From the NCBI GenBank assembly GCA_000388065.2, contig KB932201.1: 64,000 bases of DNA; one strand, given 5' to 3'. Made by a program: the position numbers and the translations under genes. Origin of the DNA: Fonticula alba ATCC 38817 (taxonomy: Eukaryota > Protista > Nucleariida). The notes under the pieces are model-generated. The model saw nothing but the letters and a program-made list of their open reading frames with translations. It made no database searches and was not told the origin of the DNA. Positions within the stretch are counted from its first letter, which is position 1; every line of letters begins with the position of its first letter. Shown here piece by piece: positions 25,733 to 38,857 of the stretch.

Positions 25733-28700
25733 ATGACCATGGCTCCTGCCCCTGCGCGCTGCCACGGCGGCCGGCGCACCGGCGCGCTGCTGGCCACACT
25801 GGCCCTCAGCGCCATGGCGGCCTCGGTGGCCGCGGCACAGAACATCGGCTCGGGCTCGGCCGCCGGCCCGGTGGACCCCATCGACCAGCCCCCCCGGCCG
25901 CCGGCCAGCCTCATCCCGCCCGACCGCCAGATCGACCCGACCAAGTACTTCCAAACCGGCATCTACCGCTTCGGCTCGCAGTCGGTGTCCGTTTGGGCCG
26001 TGGACCCGACCAGTGGCCTGTTTGCCCGGCCCCCGGCCGGCAACAACAACAACAACAACAACAACAACCAGGCCGCGCCCGAGCCCACCGAGGCCCTGAG
26101 CTCCGGCATCCCGCTGCCCCCCTGCCCGGTGGGGACCGAGGGGCCCAGCTCCGAGACCGGCCCCTGCATCGCGGCCAACCGCACCCCCGAGCTGGACTAC
26201 GTCCGGCCGAGCCTCGTGCACCTGGGCGACAGCGGGGCCAGCATCCCGCACGTCGTGGCCCAACACCTGCCGGACTACTACAACAGCCGGGGCTACACCT
26301 CGGCCGACCTGGCCAAGCTCCTGCTGCCGGGGTCCATCGAGCACTTGGACCAAAGCACCATGCGCCAAATCCGCGACGGCACCTTCGACGCCACAAGCAC
26401 CCTACTGGGAGCCAACCCGGCGGCCATCACCACCGGCACCATGCCCGACGGCCAGACAACCCTGGTGTTCGTGGGCCTGCGTAACATCGGCGCCGTGGCC
26501 ATCTACACGGTCGAGGAGAATGTGCCCTTCCCGTTGACCCGCGGCGAGGCCGAGGCGGCCGCCATGCGGCCCCGGGCAGCCGACGAAAATGCCGGCGACA
26601 GTGCCGGCGGGTCCGGCAGCGTCAGCGGGCCCGGCAATGCCAGTGCCCCGGGCAGCGAGGCCCCCGGTGACGCCGCCGCCGCCGCCGCCGGGCCCGGCAC
26701 CCCGGTCAGCCTGCGCTTCTGGAGCATCCACAAGGCCAATTTCGGCCACTTGGAGCCGGCGCACTTGCTCTTTGTCCCGAGCCCCGAGCCCCGGGTGCCG
26801 GCCCGGCTGGTGGTCGGCTTCAGCCAAAGCAGCACCCTGGTGTCGTACGACATTGAGCCCCTCTATCCGGAGGGCGAGGCGCCGGACCCGGCCACCGGCG
26901 GCCCGGCCCGGCTGATGAATGGGGTGAACCTGCGCGAGGCGGGGACCTTCGCCGCGTCGACCCCGGCCGAGGTGGCCGGCTCCGGCAGCGGTGTGCAGGA
27001 GGTCGATGACCCGGACAATCCGGCCCACCTGCCGACCCTCTTCGAGCCCATGCAGACCGGCATCGATGGGTTTGTCGATGGCCTCCATGACCCGGTGACC
27101 GAGCGGCTCTTCTTCATCAACAGCCTGCAGCAGGCGCTGTATGTGTTCGACGCGGCCACCGGGCTGGCCGGCAAGCCGCGCAGCACGCTGGACCTGCGCC
27201 TGTACGGCTACCCCACGGCCCTGGCCCTGCATGATGGCGTGCTGCTGGTGACCATTGCCTCGTGTCGGTCGGGGACTCGGTCGCGCCGCTGTCACGATGA
27301 GGCGGCCCACAACCGCGGCCAGCTGGCCATGCTGGAGGCGGCGTCGCTGCGGCGCCTCGGTGTCGTCCGGGTGGGCTACCACCCGACCGATGTCGAGGTG
27401 TCGGCCGACGGCCGGTACATCGTCGTCACCAATGCCGGGTATGCCAATGACGACCGCGACGGAGCGGCCGAGGCCAAACCCTACGACCCGGAGCAGGCCT
27501 CCAGCAACGAGGGCGAGCTGGCCGGCGGCAGTGACGCCTCCGGCGACTCGGGCTCCCTGCCCTTTCCCTACCCCTTCGAGTCGGACTCCGGCGATGTGCC
27601 GGCCTTCCCCAACGGCACGGACGACCTGTCGCCGATGCCCGAGGTGGCCGGCCGCCTGGCCCCCAGCTCGGCCATCCCCATGCCCACCATCCCGCCGCCC
27701 AACAGCACCGTCATCGACCCGCCCGGCAGTGTGTCGGTCATCGTGGTCCAGGAGAACGGCATCTTCCACCAGAAGATTCCCAGCCTCAATGACTTCGATG
27801 TCACGGATCTGGATTTCTCCGAGGGGCTCGACGATTCCATCATCCTCTATGACTCGAAGAGGCTCGACTTGGAGGTGTGTTTGGCGCTCCTCCCGCCTGC
27901 GCGCGCGCCCCTATGCCCCTCCTTTGCCACGTGTGTGAGAAGGCCTTTCTGCGGGCGGATGTGGGCCCGGGGGACAGGGGGGGGGGGGGGAGCCTGCCAG
28001 GGAAGGCCGGGCCTCCCCGCGCTCCGTGTCCCCCGCCTTCCCGCGGCCCCGCCCGCTCATCTTGCACACGCACACACATGCACGCTTGGACAAAAGTCAC
28101 TGACGCACCTCTCCCACACGACCCGCGCCCCCCCGCCCCCTTCCTGCGCTTGCGCCGTAGCTCGAGCCCAACCGTGTGGCCTTCACCTCCGACCCCAGCG
28201 TGGCCATCATTACCATGCAAACCAACAACGCCTGGGCCATGCTGGACCTGACTCGGCTGGAGCTCGTCAACTCCGGCACCTTCGGCAGCCTGGACCACAA
28301 TGACCCGGCGGCAGATGTCCCGGTCGACAGCAGCTCGGTCGATGGGATCCGCATGCAGCGGCTTCCCATCAAGTCCATGCGCATGCCCGGCGCCATGGCC
28401 CCCCTGCGGCTGAACAGCGGCCACACGGTGTTCGTGTCGGCCGATGGCGGGCGCATCCGCCGGCCCGGCCGCCATGCCTCCCGCCTGTCGGAGCTCACCT
28501 ACGACCCGCGAGCCTTCCCCGGGGTGGATCTCGAGGGCTTGAAGGACCCCCGCATGGCCGGCGATCTGGTGGTGGCCAACTGGGCCTCCTTCGACAGCCT
28601 GTCGCCGGTCGACGGGGATGAGGACTACACCAGCCCCATTTTCATCGACAGTGGCAATGCCGCCGCCCCCGGGGCCGCTCGCGCGGCTGCCGGCCTCCTC

Positions 28701-28763
28701 GGCTCCGGGGTGGCTTCGATAGCCGCCATGCTCACCGCCGCTGCGGTCATGCTGGTCCTTTAG
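25733..28763 (+). CDS. Secreted, probably GPI-anchored beta-propeller protein of the choice-of-anchor I / MSP130 (alkaline-phosphatase-associated) family, circularly permuted, 914 aa
   Basis: Exons 25733-27874 and 28161-28763. N-terminal signal peptide (ALLATLALSAMAASVAAA) and C-terminal hydrophobic tail (GVASIAAMLTAAAVMLVL-stop). Family-like blocks: YRFGSQSVSVW, LVFVGLRNIGAVAIY, DPVTERLFFIN, VGYHPTDVEVSADGRYIVVTNAG, DPPGSVSVI, LEPNRVAF..ITMQTNNAWAMLDL, DPRAFP, DGDEDY. Confidence 0.8.
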
Positions 28764-30945
28764 GGGAACCCCTACGTGTGCGCACTCGCGCGCACACACA
28801 CACACACACACACTCTCACAGACAAAACGCTCAAAAAGAAAACCACGCATCCCTCCCCCGGCCCTGAATGGAGACATGGCGAAGGAGGAGGGAGGCCCGT
28901 GCTCATGCGTCTACTCACATGGAAAGAGGTGTGGCAATGCTGTGCCCGCATTCAGGCTGTGGCGCGAGGCGCGCAAGAGGCATCCCGCGTGAGAGGGTGA
29001 AACCGGGTAATACGCAAGTGCAAGTTGCCTTTCCCCCGCCCCCCCCCCCCTCTCACTTCTTCACCATCTCTCGGTGTCTTTGTCTCCCATCCCGGCCATA
29101 GAGCCGTCGAGGAAAAAAAAGCACGCGAAAGCGACCGAAGGGAAAAAGTGAGACACCAAGACCAGTGAATAAGTTCTCGCTCTCTCCCTCTCTCCTTTCC
29201 TGTCTCTCTCTCTCTTGCACTATGGGCAGACATATTCCCGACCCGCCCCCCCCCCCGTGAGTCCGCCTCCGGCCGCCATGGGTGCCCCTCCGCAGAGCCG
29301 CCTGGCATGCGCTCCCCTCATCACACGCATTTATACATATTTACTCCAATATGTATACAGGGCCCCTCACACCTCGTGGGGCCCCGTGAGAGGAGAAGGT
29401 CGCTCGCTTGGTGGCACACCATGTGTGTGTACACCCCACTCTCGCTCCCGCTCCGCCCCCCCTCCTCCATTAGAAGCCATATAGATTTCCCCGTATCCCT
29501 TCGTTGCCGGTTGCGTGTACACCCCCTCTCGCGCCCACTCGCATGGCGCGCACAGCATAGCTCCTCTGGGGATGATGAAGAGGAGAGGGGTCATCCTTTC
29601 AGCTGAATGCATGCCCCTTCTACCAGCTGGTGGCCACCTCCCCTCGGGAGGGATTCGTGCGAGGGAGAGAGGGGAACAAAGAAAGATGGTGGGAGGAGCA
29701 GGGAGGGCTCTTCGTCGCCTAGTTGTAGCTGTGAGCTCGAGAGATGGATGACGGAATCGGTCCAGGGGCATCCCCATCTGAGTGTGGTAATATGGCTCCC
29801 TGCGTGCTCTATGCACAAGCTGCGCACGTCCGACAGCACCAGTCCCCACCGTGTCGCTGTGCTATCTGCACCGCGGCCGGAAGGCGGGGGCTTGCTTTTA
29901 GATAGTGACCGGGGTGTCCTGTGCCCTTTGTCACCGCCGCCACCCTCACGATGACCTCGACCACCACCATACAGGAACAGGCCAAGGAGGAGCATGGCCA
30001 ATGGGGAGGCCAGCACAGGCGCCCGGCGCATTTCCCCATCTCCCACCAACACACCCAATTACAGCATACTCCCTCCTACTCCAGGTGAGGTGTGTGTGAG
30101 GTATGGGCGTGCGTGTCGCGTGCTACGAGCGGGCTTCGCCCTACTTTTTGCGGACGACAATAGAACGACGAAGGACCAAGGGCGCGTCCAAAACGCATGG
30201 GCGCCAGGTGGGGGGGGGGGGGGCGGTAGGAACCTCGCCATCTTTTTCTTGCTCGGCTCTGGACGATCCACGGACAACAGAAGGGGGGGGGGGCGGGGCG
30301 GGGGGGGAGGGTGCGATTGCGGGCTGTGGGACCAGGGCCGTGTGCGTGATCCTCTGTCTGCTGCCCGCGTGACAATGTCGCGTGACCAGCGACGGCCTTC
30401 TCTGGTCGGCATACCCCCCAAGAGTGGCCCACCCGCCGGCGCCCGCCAGCCGCCCGGTGAGAGGATCCGTCAGGGCCTGGGAACTGGCCCAAGGCCCGAT
30501 TGGAAGTTGGGCTTGGCCCCCCCCCCCCCATCCGAGCCAGGCCATGGGCGCCTGGGGGGCCAGAGAACTTGGGCTTTCCCTGGCCAGGGCACGTTCTCCG
30601 GGACGGGCATCTCTCTCTCTCTCTCTCTCTTTCTGGGCAGGGCCTGTTGGCGGTGTCCGCGACCGGCCCGGGGTACGGGAGGGAATGCTTGAATGATCTT
30701 CACTCGCCCCCCGTCCCCATCCGGACTTCTCGTCTTCTGTCAGATGCCGTCGACCGGAGATGTCCGTCCTGGACGCGGGCGCCTTTTTCCGGCCCCACAC
30801 CCCGGCCCATGGCCCGGAGTCGGGGGCACCCATCGCCTTCCCTCTCTCCCCCCCCCCCTTGCTCCTCTCCCATCCCTCGCGCCCCCTCCTCCGTGCCTCA
30901 CTCTCACTTCCAGGCAACCGGCAATCGGCCCGTGACAAGCAAGAT

Positions 30946-33902
30946 ATGGTGCTCGTCGACGCCTTTCGTCGCTACTTTGGCGACATGATCAAGGAGCCCG
31001 GCTTGAAGACCTTGATCCTGGACGAGGAGACCGTACGAACAGTCGCCACCACAACCGGAGCATCCTCGCTGGAGCCTGTAGTGTCTATCGAAGCTGACCT
31101 CCCCCCCCCCCCTCACACACACACACACACACACACACACTCCCCAATCCTCTTTCTCTTCCTGGCAACCGGACACCCCAGTCGGCCATGACCTCCCTGG
31201 TGTTCAGCCAGACGCAGCTGCTCCAGTCGGACATTTTCCTGAATGAGCGCCTGTCCGACTCTGGCCTGACCACCATCAACATCGGCAGCAACAACCCGGT
31301 GTCCAGCTCGTCGATGGCCTCCTTCAAGTGCATTGTCTTCATCCGCCCGAGCACCAACTCCATCTCCAACCTGTGCACCGAGCTGCGCAACCCGAAGTAC
31401 GGCTCGTACTACCTGCGTACGTCCCTCGACCCCCTTGCCCCTGGTGGTGCTATCTTGTCCGGGCACCGGCGCATGATTGCTCACCCGCCTCGCTCCCACT
31501 CCTTCGGCATTGGCGGACGCAGACTTCTCCAACATCGTTTCCCAGGAGGACATCAATCGCCTGGCCAACGCCGACAAGTATGGCCTGGTGCAGAAATTCT
31601 TCGAGGTCTTCGCGGACTTCTATCCCCTGGAGCGGAACATGTTCTCCAGCGATGTCAAGAAGCTGTACATCAACGACCCGGAGTCCTGGAATGAGCTGGC
31701 CCTGCGCCGGTCGGCCGACTCCCTCTCCTCGGTCCTGCTGTCTCTGCGTCTGCGCTGCCAGATTCGCTTCGATGTCACCAGCCCCATGGCCCGGTCCTTG
31801 GCCACGCTGATGCGCGTACGTGGTCGCATCTCTGGCCCGTCCCCCCTGCCCGGACCCGTAACTGACCTCGCATTCCGGCCTCTGCTCCGCCCTTTTCCAT
31901 GTCCGCTCGAACACACGGTCATATGCAATCCCATGTGTGTGTGTGTGTGTATGTGTATGTGTGCACATCCATATGGACACACAACCAAACACACGCACTC
32001 ACAGGACCGCATCCAGCAAGAGAAGGCCCTGTTCGACTTCAACTCGCCGGCCACTCAGCTCATCATCCTCGATCGCCGGTCGGATCCCATTACTCCGCTG
32101 CTCCACCAGTGGACCTACCAGGCCATGGTGCACGACCTGATCGGGATCAACAACAACATTCTCAAGCTCAATGACAACAAGTCCGAGGTGACCGTGCGTG
32201 CCGCTTCCCTTCCGGAGAGCCTCCCTTTTCCTGCGGTCCTCAACACACGACGCCCCCGGCCTTTTGTCGGCTGCCTCTTCCCCCCCCCCCCCCCCTGTCC
32301 AGGAGCCTCACACCCTCTTTCCCCGCCACCGCCACCATCCCCACAACCGCAGGATTACGTGTTCAGCGAGATCCAGGACCCCTTCCTGCGCGAGATCATG
32401 TTCACCAACTACGGCGACCTGGGTGATGTCATCAAGCAGCATGTGGCCAAGCTCCAGGCCAAGACCGGCAACAATGCCCGCCTGGACAACATCCAGGACA
32501 TGAAGCGCTTCATGGAGCAGTTCCCGGAGTTCCGTCGGCTGTCCGGCAATGTGGGCATGCATGTGTCCGTCTCGACCACCATCAGCAACATGACCGACAA
32601 CAATAAGCTCCTCCAGGCGTCCGAGGTGGAGCAGCTCCTCGCCACCGAGGACGAGCAGAGCTCATATGTCAAGGTGCGCACCGGACCCCCGGGCCTGCGT
32701 GCACGTTGCAAAGTGGGCTGGGTTTGGGTTGGGGCCTTTTTCGCTCGTTCTCCCCGCTGACGGTCCATTCGCCCGGGGATGCGCCCTCGCCTGCCTGCCT
32801 GCCTGCCTGCCTGGTGATCCCCTTCCCCCTCGGCCACTTCAGATGGTTGCCGGCCTGATTGAGAAGATGAGCCACTCCATCACTGGCATGCGCCTGACCC
32901 TGCGCTCGGTCATCATCTACGGCCTGCGCTATGGCAACTCGCCACAGAGCGCGGCCAACTACAACTCCCTCATTCAGACCTGGTTCGACTTCGCCATCCG
33001 TCTGGGTTACCCTGATGTGGATCGCGTCAAGCGGGTGCGTGCCTTTCTTTCCTCCCACCATCGCCACTGCCACCGCCTCCGCCATGTGGGACGAGCAGGG
33101 GGGGGGGGGGGGGGGGGGGGGGGCGGGGGGGCGCCCTGCTCGTAGCCCGCAGACACGCTACGCGACAACCTTCTCCGGCCCATGGCAAGCATCGCTAACT
33201 GCCCCGCACAATGCCTGCCTCCGCATGGGGCTTTTTGTCCGTTTGCGTGCTTGGCGGCTGTAGCTCCTTACCCGCATCCACGATATCACCGGCATCACTC
33301 GGAGACAGAAGGCCGGCATCACGCCTGCCCACCTGGACATCACCAACAGCAAGAAGCGCTTCACCGGTTTCGCCGGCGAGGACAACATGTTCACCAGCCA
33401 TCAGCCGTACTTCCTCAAGGGCCTGGACAAGGTCCTGGAGGGAAGCCCCTTCAATGAGTGGGCCTTCATCGATGGCACCCCGACGCAGTGCGTGACGCCC
33501 ACTGGCATGACGCCCTGGCATCCCCATTCTCCTGCGATGTGTTTGCACGACAAAAAGACATCCTAACATCCATATGGCCTCACCATCACCACGCGCGCGC
33601 GCGCTCGCATACACACGCACACACACACACACGCACACGCGCACGCACACTGGCCCAGGCTCGCCCCCGCTCGCAACGTCATTATCTTCTTCATTAATGG
33701 CGCCACTTACGAGGAGTTCCACTTTGCGGCGCAAATCAACAAGCGCGCCTCCATGGCCAAGCCAGACATCCCGGGCCAACACAACTACCGCCCGGGCAAT
33801 GTGACCAACCCGGCACCCGGTACCCGGGTCATCCTCGGTGGCACGCATATCACCCGTGCCTCGGATTTCATGGACTACCTCCTGGAACAGGTTCGCCTTT
33901 GA
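30946..33902 (+). CDS. VPS45: Sec1/Munc18-family vacuolar protein sorting protein 45, about 592 aa
   Basis: Exons 30946-31032, 31182-31416, 31523-31815, 32005-32187, 32353-32673, 32843-33034, 33264-33487, 33659-33902. Motifs: KTLILDEET, CIVFIRPS..ELRNPKYGSYYLHFSN, LIILDRRSDPITPLLHQWTYQAMVHDLIGI, ENMFT-like GEDNMFTSHQP, IIFFINGATYEE, RVILGGT. Confidence 0.95.
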
Positions 33903-34059
33903 ATGCGACTCACCGCGCATCCATGGGGGACCCCCTGATGCACCTCCTCCTCCTTCTCTCGCTTCAATCAAATACACAGCGGTGTTCCTTCGAAGAGGTT
34001 GTTCCCTTTCCCCTGTTCACTGAGCTCTGTACATTCGACGTCGTGGGGAAAAGAGGGGC

Positions 34060-34107
<48 letters not shown>

Positions 34108-34828
34108 CTTTCCCCACAAATGTCCGGAAAAATACATCCCACAATGCAGGCCCCCCCCCCCCTCTCACCTGGCGCCTGCCACAGGGTATCCGCCCCCGGC
34201 AAAAGGAGGGCCTACAAAGGATGTGCGCAAACGGCAGCCGCCGCCTCTTGAGTGACAACATTATGTATTGGATGATTGAGGGAGGGGGGGTTGGAGAAGC
34301 CGCCGTCCTCCCGGCAAAAAAAGGGGGGCGAAGGACAGGCGTATATGCGGCGCACGGTGGTGGCGGAGGGGAACAGTATATGCTCGCACTGCCCTCCGCA
34401 GACATCCCTACCCCGAAAAGGGCGAGGAGAAGGGATCGAGAGGGAGATATATATATATATATATATATATCGCTGGCGAGACACATGGACACACACAGAC
34501 ATACACACACGCCGGGCCACACCCACGAAGGGAGAGGGAGAGGGCAGAGGAGTCGGGACACGCATGCGCCTCCTCGGTATGGCTATCTCCTCCCTTTCTG
34601 ACACACGCACACACATCCACCTGTACACAACGCCTGTTTTACAGGGGGGGGGGGGGGGAGGAGGGGAACACGGGAGCAGAAAAGGGGGAAAGAGGAGCAG
34701 AAAGAAGGAGAACGAGAGCGGGAGAGCGAGATAGACAGGGAAGAAGAAGCCTCAGCCCTCATTCGCATATGCGCCTCCTCGCGCGCTGCCCTCTCCTCCG
34801 ATCGCCTTGGCCTGTGGCTCCGCCACTC

Positions 34829-37800
34829 TTAAACCTTGCGGCTGGACTCCTTCAGGCCGACGGTCCGGTTGAAGACCGGAGTGGCGGTGCCCGAGCCAAC
34901 GGGGGCCGACTCGCGGTCCAGGCAGAAGAAGCCCACACGCTCGAACTGGAACTTGTCCTCGGGCTGGGCACCGGCGATGGAAATGTCCGCCAGGGCACCC
35001 TTGACCACCTGCAGGGAGTCGGGGTTCAGATCGGCCAGGAAACCCTCAGGGTTGTCCTCCGGGTTGGAGGTCTGGAAGAGCGGGCTGTACAGATGGGCAT
35101 CGATGGTGATGGGCGACCCGCGAGCCGGGCAGTCGGCCACCCAGTGGATGTAGGCCTTGGGGCGCTCGGCGCGGGGGAAGTCCGCAGACAGGGAGTTGGG
35201 CTTGTACGAGCACTCGATGTGCTGGATGTCCCCGGTCTCCGGGCAGTGGACCACCTTGTCGCAGGTGATGACATACGCGCGCTGCAGGCCGACCGACCCG
35301 CCGGGGGTCAGACGGAAGAAGTTGGCCTGCTCCTCGGGCGAGCTGAAGGTCTCGCGGAAGTCCGACCGATCGATGAAGAGGGTCCGGCAGAAGGGAACCA
35401 CATTCATGCCGGCCGACTCGTCGTGCGGGAGCTTGGGGTAGGAGATGTCCTCGATCTTGCCCTCCTCATAGTTGGTGATGATGACCTTGATGGGGTCGAG
35501 AACGACTGGCGGTCGCAAGGGCAGGGCCGGGGGGGGGGGGGGGGGGNNNNNNNNNNNNNNNNNNNNNNNNGGGGGGGGGGGAGAGAAAGACAGGAAGGGC
35601 AATGGTGAGTGTGTGTGTGTGTGAGTGTGTGAGTGAGAGAGAGAGAGAGAGAGAGAGAGATAGCCACCAGATGGATCTGGCCCGCCGCAGGGCAAAAGAT
35701 AGACACATAGTTGAAGATGCCCACAACATGGAGAGGCTCCCCCATGCATGCAGCGCGCGCGCGCGCGCGCGCCATTGCAAGAGCGGGCAAATAGGGGGGA
35801 GGGGCAGGCAAAGAAAGGGAGAAAGGAAAGGACGAAAGAAAGAAAAAAAACAACGACATACCCTTCGCGCGAGTGGCGTGCTTGTTCAGGTCGTCACGGA
35901 CGACATTCTCCAGGAGGGCCATCTCGACGATGGTGTTGGAGGTGGTGATGCCGAGCAGCTCGCAGAAGTTGTTGATGGCATCCGGGGTGTAGCCACGGCG
36001 GCGCATGCCCTCGATGGTCAGCAGCCGGGGGTCATCCCAGCCATTGACAAAGCCACCATCCACCAGGCGGTTGAGCTTGCGCTTGGACATGATCATATGG
36101 GTGATGTTCAGGCGGCCGTACTCCCACTGAACCGGCTTGTAAACCTCCACCGCGTCGCACACCCAGTAGTAGGACTCGCGGGCGGTCTGGAACTCCACGG
36201 TGCAGAAGGAGTGGGAGATGTTCTCGATGGAGTCGATCAGGCAGTGGGAGAAGTCATAGGTGGGGTAGACGATCCACTTGGTGCCGGTGCGCACGTGCGG
36301 CCGGGTGTGCAGCACGCGGTAGGCCACCGGGTCCCAGAGGTAGGGGTTGCCGCTGTTCATGTCCATCTTCAGGCGCAGGGTGGCCTCGCCGGGGGCGAAC
36401 TTGCCGTCGCGCATGTCGTGGAAGAGCTTGAGGCTCTCCTCGATGGGGCGGTTGCGCCAGGGGGACTCCGTGCGGGGGCCCTTGTTGTCGGCGCCACCGC
36501 GCGACTGGTGGATCTCCTCGGCGGTCTGGTGGCAAATGTAGGCCTTGTCGTTCTTGATGGCGCGGATGGCCAGGTCCCACAGCTCATCGAAGTAGTCCGA
36601 GGTGGCGGTCACCTTGTAGGGCTGGAAGCCGAGCCAGTTGACGCACTTCTCGATGGACTCGAAGTAGATGGGCTCCTCGGCATCGGGGTTGGTGTCATCG
36701 AAGCGCAGGTAGCAATTGCCACCGTGGAGCTCGGCGTAGCGGAAGTTGAAGTTCATGGCCTTGGCGTGGCCAATGTGCAGGAAACCGTTGGGCTCCGGGG
36801 GGAAACGAGTGAAGACCTTGCCCTTGGTGAAGGCGAGGTGCTGCTCCATGAGCTGCATCGAGCGAGAAGGGGGGGCCGCGGCCGGCCGGCCGGCCGGAGG
36901 AGGAGGGGGGACACTGTGAGAAAGGGCGAACTCGGGCCAAGTGTGGGCAATGATCGGCCCCGGATGACGAGGGCGCACCTTCGGGTCGATCTGGGGGTTC
37001 TCACCGGGCTTGTGCAGCTTCAGGACGTCACCGGTGAAGGTGCGCATCTTGGGGGAGTCGGCCTCGGCGGCCTTCTCGACCGGCTGCTTGGGCTTCTTGA
37101 CCTTGGCCTGCTTCTTGGGCTCGGCCAGATCGGCCTCGGTCTTGGGGCCGAGCATCTCCAGGAGCTGCTTGTTGAGCTCGGCGGTCACCAGGTCCATGTT
37201 GGCCCAGCGGATCTTGGTCAGGATCTGGGAGATCAACAGACCGGCGGGCACGCGGTAGCGGCGCTCATCGAGCTGCTTCTTGTTGGCGTTCAGAACGGCG
37301 GCCACGGCGGCCTCGATCTGGTTCGGGGTGATGACGACGCCTGTGGGCGAGGGGGGGGGGGGGGTGAGGACCGAGGAGGGAGCGAGGGGGAAGAGAGGAA
37401 CAACGCAGAGTCAGTCGGTGACCGCGCGCAGCATGCGTGAGGGGGGAAGAGGAGAAAGAGAGAAAGACAAAAGGAAGGGGATGGGGCGCACCAACACCGC
37501 AAGCGAGGTCGAAGCCGTCCAGGTCGATAACCGCATCGACGGCCTGGGTGGCCATGAACTCGAACGCGGCATCCAGCTGCTGCGAAGTCTTGAGCTTGCC
37601 GGTGACAATGTAGTTGACGAAGAGGTCCTGGTGACGGGCAAGGTCCTTGGACACGCGAGTGGCGGCCTTGTAGATGAGCTTGCCGAGGTCCTTTTTGTTG
37701 TTTTTGTTTTGGTTTGTTGGGTGGGGGGGGGGGGTTGGGAGGGGGCGGGGGGGAGCGGGGGGAGTGAGCAAACGCCATGTGGCAGACGGGATGGTCAGTC

Positions 37801-37938
37801 GAGGAGGGCAGGACACACCTTGAAGATCATGTCCTTCAGGCAGGCCGAGAGCTGGGGGTTCTTGGTGGTCTCGAGGGCCTTGGTGTCATCAAGGCCGATG
37901 CGCGAGAAGAGCTTCGCCATGTCGGAGTCGGTGGTCAT
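34829..37938 (-). CDS. QARS1: Eukaryotic glutaminyl-tRNA synthetase with N-terminal tRNA-binding extension, about 782 aa
   Basis: Exons 37938-37819, 37690-37492, 37340-36979, 36852-35862, 35505-34829. TRFPPEPNGFLHIGHAK (HIGH), LRFDDTNP, YPTYDFSHCLIDS, QWEYGRLN..MSKRK (KMSKS equivalent), FQFERVGFF, FNRTVGLKE. Confidence 0.98.
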
Positions 37939-38817
37939 GTTTGCGGGGGGGGTTGTCTGGCGGCAGTGCTCCTGCTCGGCACGGAGAGGGGAGAGAGAGA
38001 GAGAGAGAGAAGGAGACACAGCGTGAGCGGGGGAGGGGAGGAAGACGGCGGCCAGCACAAGGAAGAGAAAAGGGAAAGGGAGTGGTAGGTACGATGCGGG
38101 GATCGAGACGCGGAGGGGGGAAACAACTGCGAAACACTCAGATGCCGGGGACGCCCCCTGTCGAGGGCACCCGGCGCCATGATCGTCCCCCAAATAACGC
38201 GGCGTCCCGCGACGAGGGGGGACATCTAGCAGGAATGGACCCCAGGAGGAGGGGAGGGGGACAGAGGGTCGTCTCCCTCCTCACCCCGGTCTTGGTGCGA
38301 CGGAGGCGCGCTGTGCCGGCACCCGGGCGCCGCGCGCCGCGCGCGCGCGACAGCATCAATCCCCCGGGGCCGCGCTCCCCGCAACCCTGCGCCACCACCG
38401 CCGCCACCGCAGGGTCCTTCCCCCCAGCCCGAGGGGCCAACATCCCTGGCTCCCGTTGGCCCCCCCCCCCCCCCCCGAACCGACCCATACCGCTCAGGAG
38501 TACTGGAGAGAGGCGTGCCCCCACAACCATGTGCCACTCTCCCTCCCTGGCCATCGCCCGTCTTTGGGGATTTAATCCAGCTCCCAGGTGTCTTTGACCC
38601 CCCCCCCCTCTCCCCCCCCGCACGGCCTCCGAGAGAAGGAGGCATGAGGCGCCGGAGGAACATACGCAGAACCTGGCGGGACAGTTGTGCACCCGCCCTG
38701 GCCGGGGGGTGGGGGGATGCCAGGAGAAACCGCGCAGGAAATGCCCGATCAAGCCCTCGCCCAGAGCATGCACTCGCTCACGTCCCCACGCGGACGCGCA
38801 TCCGTGAATACACACAT

Positions 38818-38857
<40 letters not shown>

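Noticed and set aside
29200-30900. Short ORFs and donor/acceptor-like sites upstream of VPS45
   Set aside because: No recognisable product; these may be UTR exons but cannot be supported from sequence alone.
33980-34255. Possible extra terminal VPS45 exon after a GT at 33891
   Set aside because: Read-through gives FMDYLLEQVRL-stop, matching the family C-terminus. The alternative runs into a (GA)n repeat.
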